Of a DNA stretch of 64,000 nt, positions 63,461-64,000 are shown in pieces. A program made the translations under genes and the position numbers. Within the stretch, counting starts at the first letter, position 1. Every line of letters starts with the position of its first letter. Origin of the DNA: Macrostomum lignano (taxonomy: Eukaryota); contig NIVC01001454.1 in NCBI GenBank assembly GCA_002269645.1, positions 58,842-122,841 on the forward strand, written 5' to 3'. The notes under the pieces were generated by a model, which had not been told where the DNA came from, ran no database searches, and worked only from the letters and a program-made list of their open reading frames with translations.

Positions 63461-64000
63461 TTCTTAGTGTCTGTCTGTCTGTCTGTCTGTCTTAGTGTCT
63501 GTCTGTCTGTCTGCGCCTGCCTGCCTGTCTGTGTGTCTGTCTTTATGTATGTCTCGTTGGCCAACCAGTATTCCCAGTGCCGTGGTCACCTATAAATAGC
63601 TCCCCACTATCCTACTAATCCCACGCCCTCCACCGCCAACTCCCGCAGGTTGCTCTGCAGACGAGGCCCGGCAAGCGTACGACCAGTTCCACCGGTTCTA
63701 CATGAGCAAGCACAGCGGCAGGCAGCTCACACTGCAGCCAAACATGGGCACCGCTGATCTGTCCGCCACCTTCAGCGCGCCGCCCCGCCGTCGGGCGCGG
63801 AGCCGAAGCCGCTGACGAGCCGTCCTCGACCAGCAATTCTTTAGCAGTCGGCGCCCGCCGTCGCTACATCCTGAGCGTGTCCACTACCAGATGGTGGTGC
63901 TGGCTTCAGTTCAATAGGCGGCCGAAGATCACGTTTGAGCAGCTTCAGGCTGAGACCAACATTCCGGAGAAGGATTTGCAGCGAGCTCTAGGCGCTCTCT
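59746..64000 (+). CDS. CUL3: Cullin-3 (partial; continues past the window end), with apparent 1-bp indels
   Basis: Exons 59746-60381, 60911-61339, 62481-63022 and 63649->64000 with GT-AG ends, all phase 0. Motifs: [110 protein letters not shown]. Frame breaks near 62605, 63658, 63779, 63884 and 63902. Confidence 0.93.
60500..60835. repeat. 52-bp minisatellite in CUL3 intron 1
   Basis: CATACTATACAAATTGGGAAGAATTGGGATCACACAGTAATTATCCCATTGT recurs at 60,541, 60,593, ... Confidence 0.95.
61420..62430. repeat. 25/26-bp minisatellite in CUL3 intron 2
   Basis: TTGGCGCCAC(T)TAGAATCATCTCAGA units. Confidence 0.95.
63040..63535. repeat. (CTGT)n-based microsatellite in CUL3 intron 3
   Basis: CTGT interspersed with CTTAGTGT. 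Confidence 0.95.

Overview
Eukaryotic (animal) genomic DNA. It has GT-AG introns packed with minisatellites and uses the standard code. The style resembles a free-living flatworm such as Macrostomum, but that is an inference, not an identification. Left to right: (i) four tandem-repeat arrays at 0.1-5.9 kb; (ii) an otopetrin pseudogene (minus strand, 6.3-14 kb) whose last coding exon is split by a degenerate Ty3/Gypsy element that keeps a 163-bp 5' LTR, a tRNA-Leu PBS, gag, a G_GGA_AAC -1 frameshift signal, pol and a PPT, but has lost its 3' LTR; (iii) an intronless, divergent 580-aa TRPV-like channel (17.4-19.1 kb, minus); (iv) an ~8.47-kb tandem duplication (17,973-26,436 / 26,441-34,910) that creates a pore-less TRPV copy and doubles two small secreted-precursor genes; (v) a third precursor gene at 35.0 kb; (vi) a six-exon, 1,536-aa SLC4/anion-exchanger-like gene with a highly diverged membrane domain (40.5-49.8 kb, minus); (vii) a ~10-kb field of decayed transposons (Penelope RT fragment, foldback, hAT with nested MITE, mariner) showing extreme CpG loss and CpA-to-TpA-type changes; and (viii) cullin-3 (59.7 kb to the window end) with several 1-bp indels. 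The most novel-looking signal is the cluster of five co-oriented intronless secreted precursors. Three share a signal-EDSY acidic pro-KR-GPExMxxRxxxCxxYRxHNWxxPxxxxC architecture (two identical, one 42% identical in the mature part). Two have signal-(PR/S repeats)-acidic tail architecture. I do not recognise either as a named family. All alignments and counts were done by eye.
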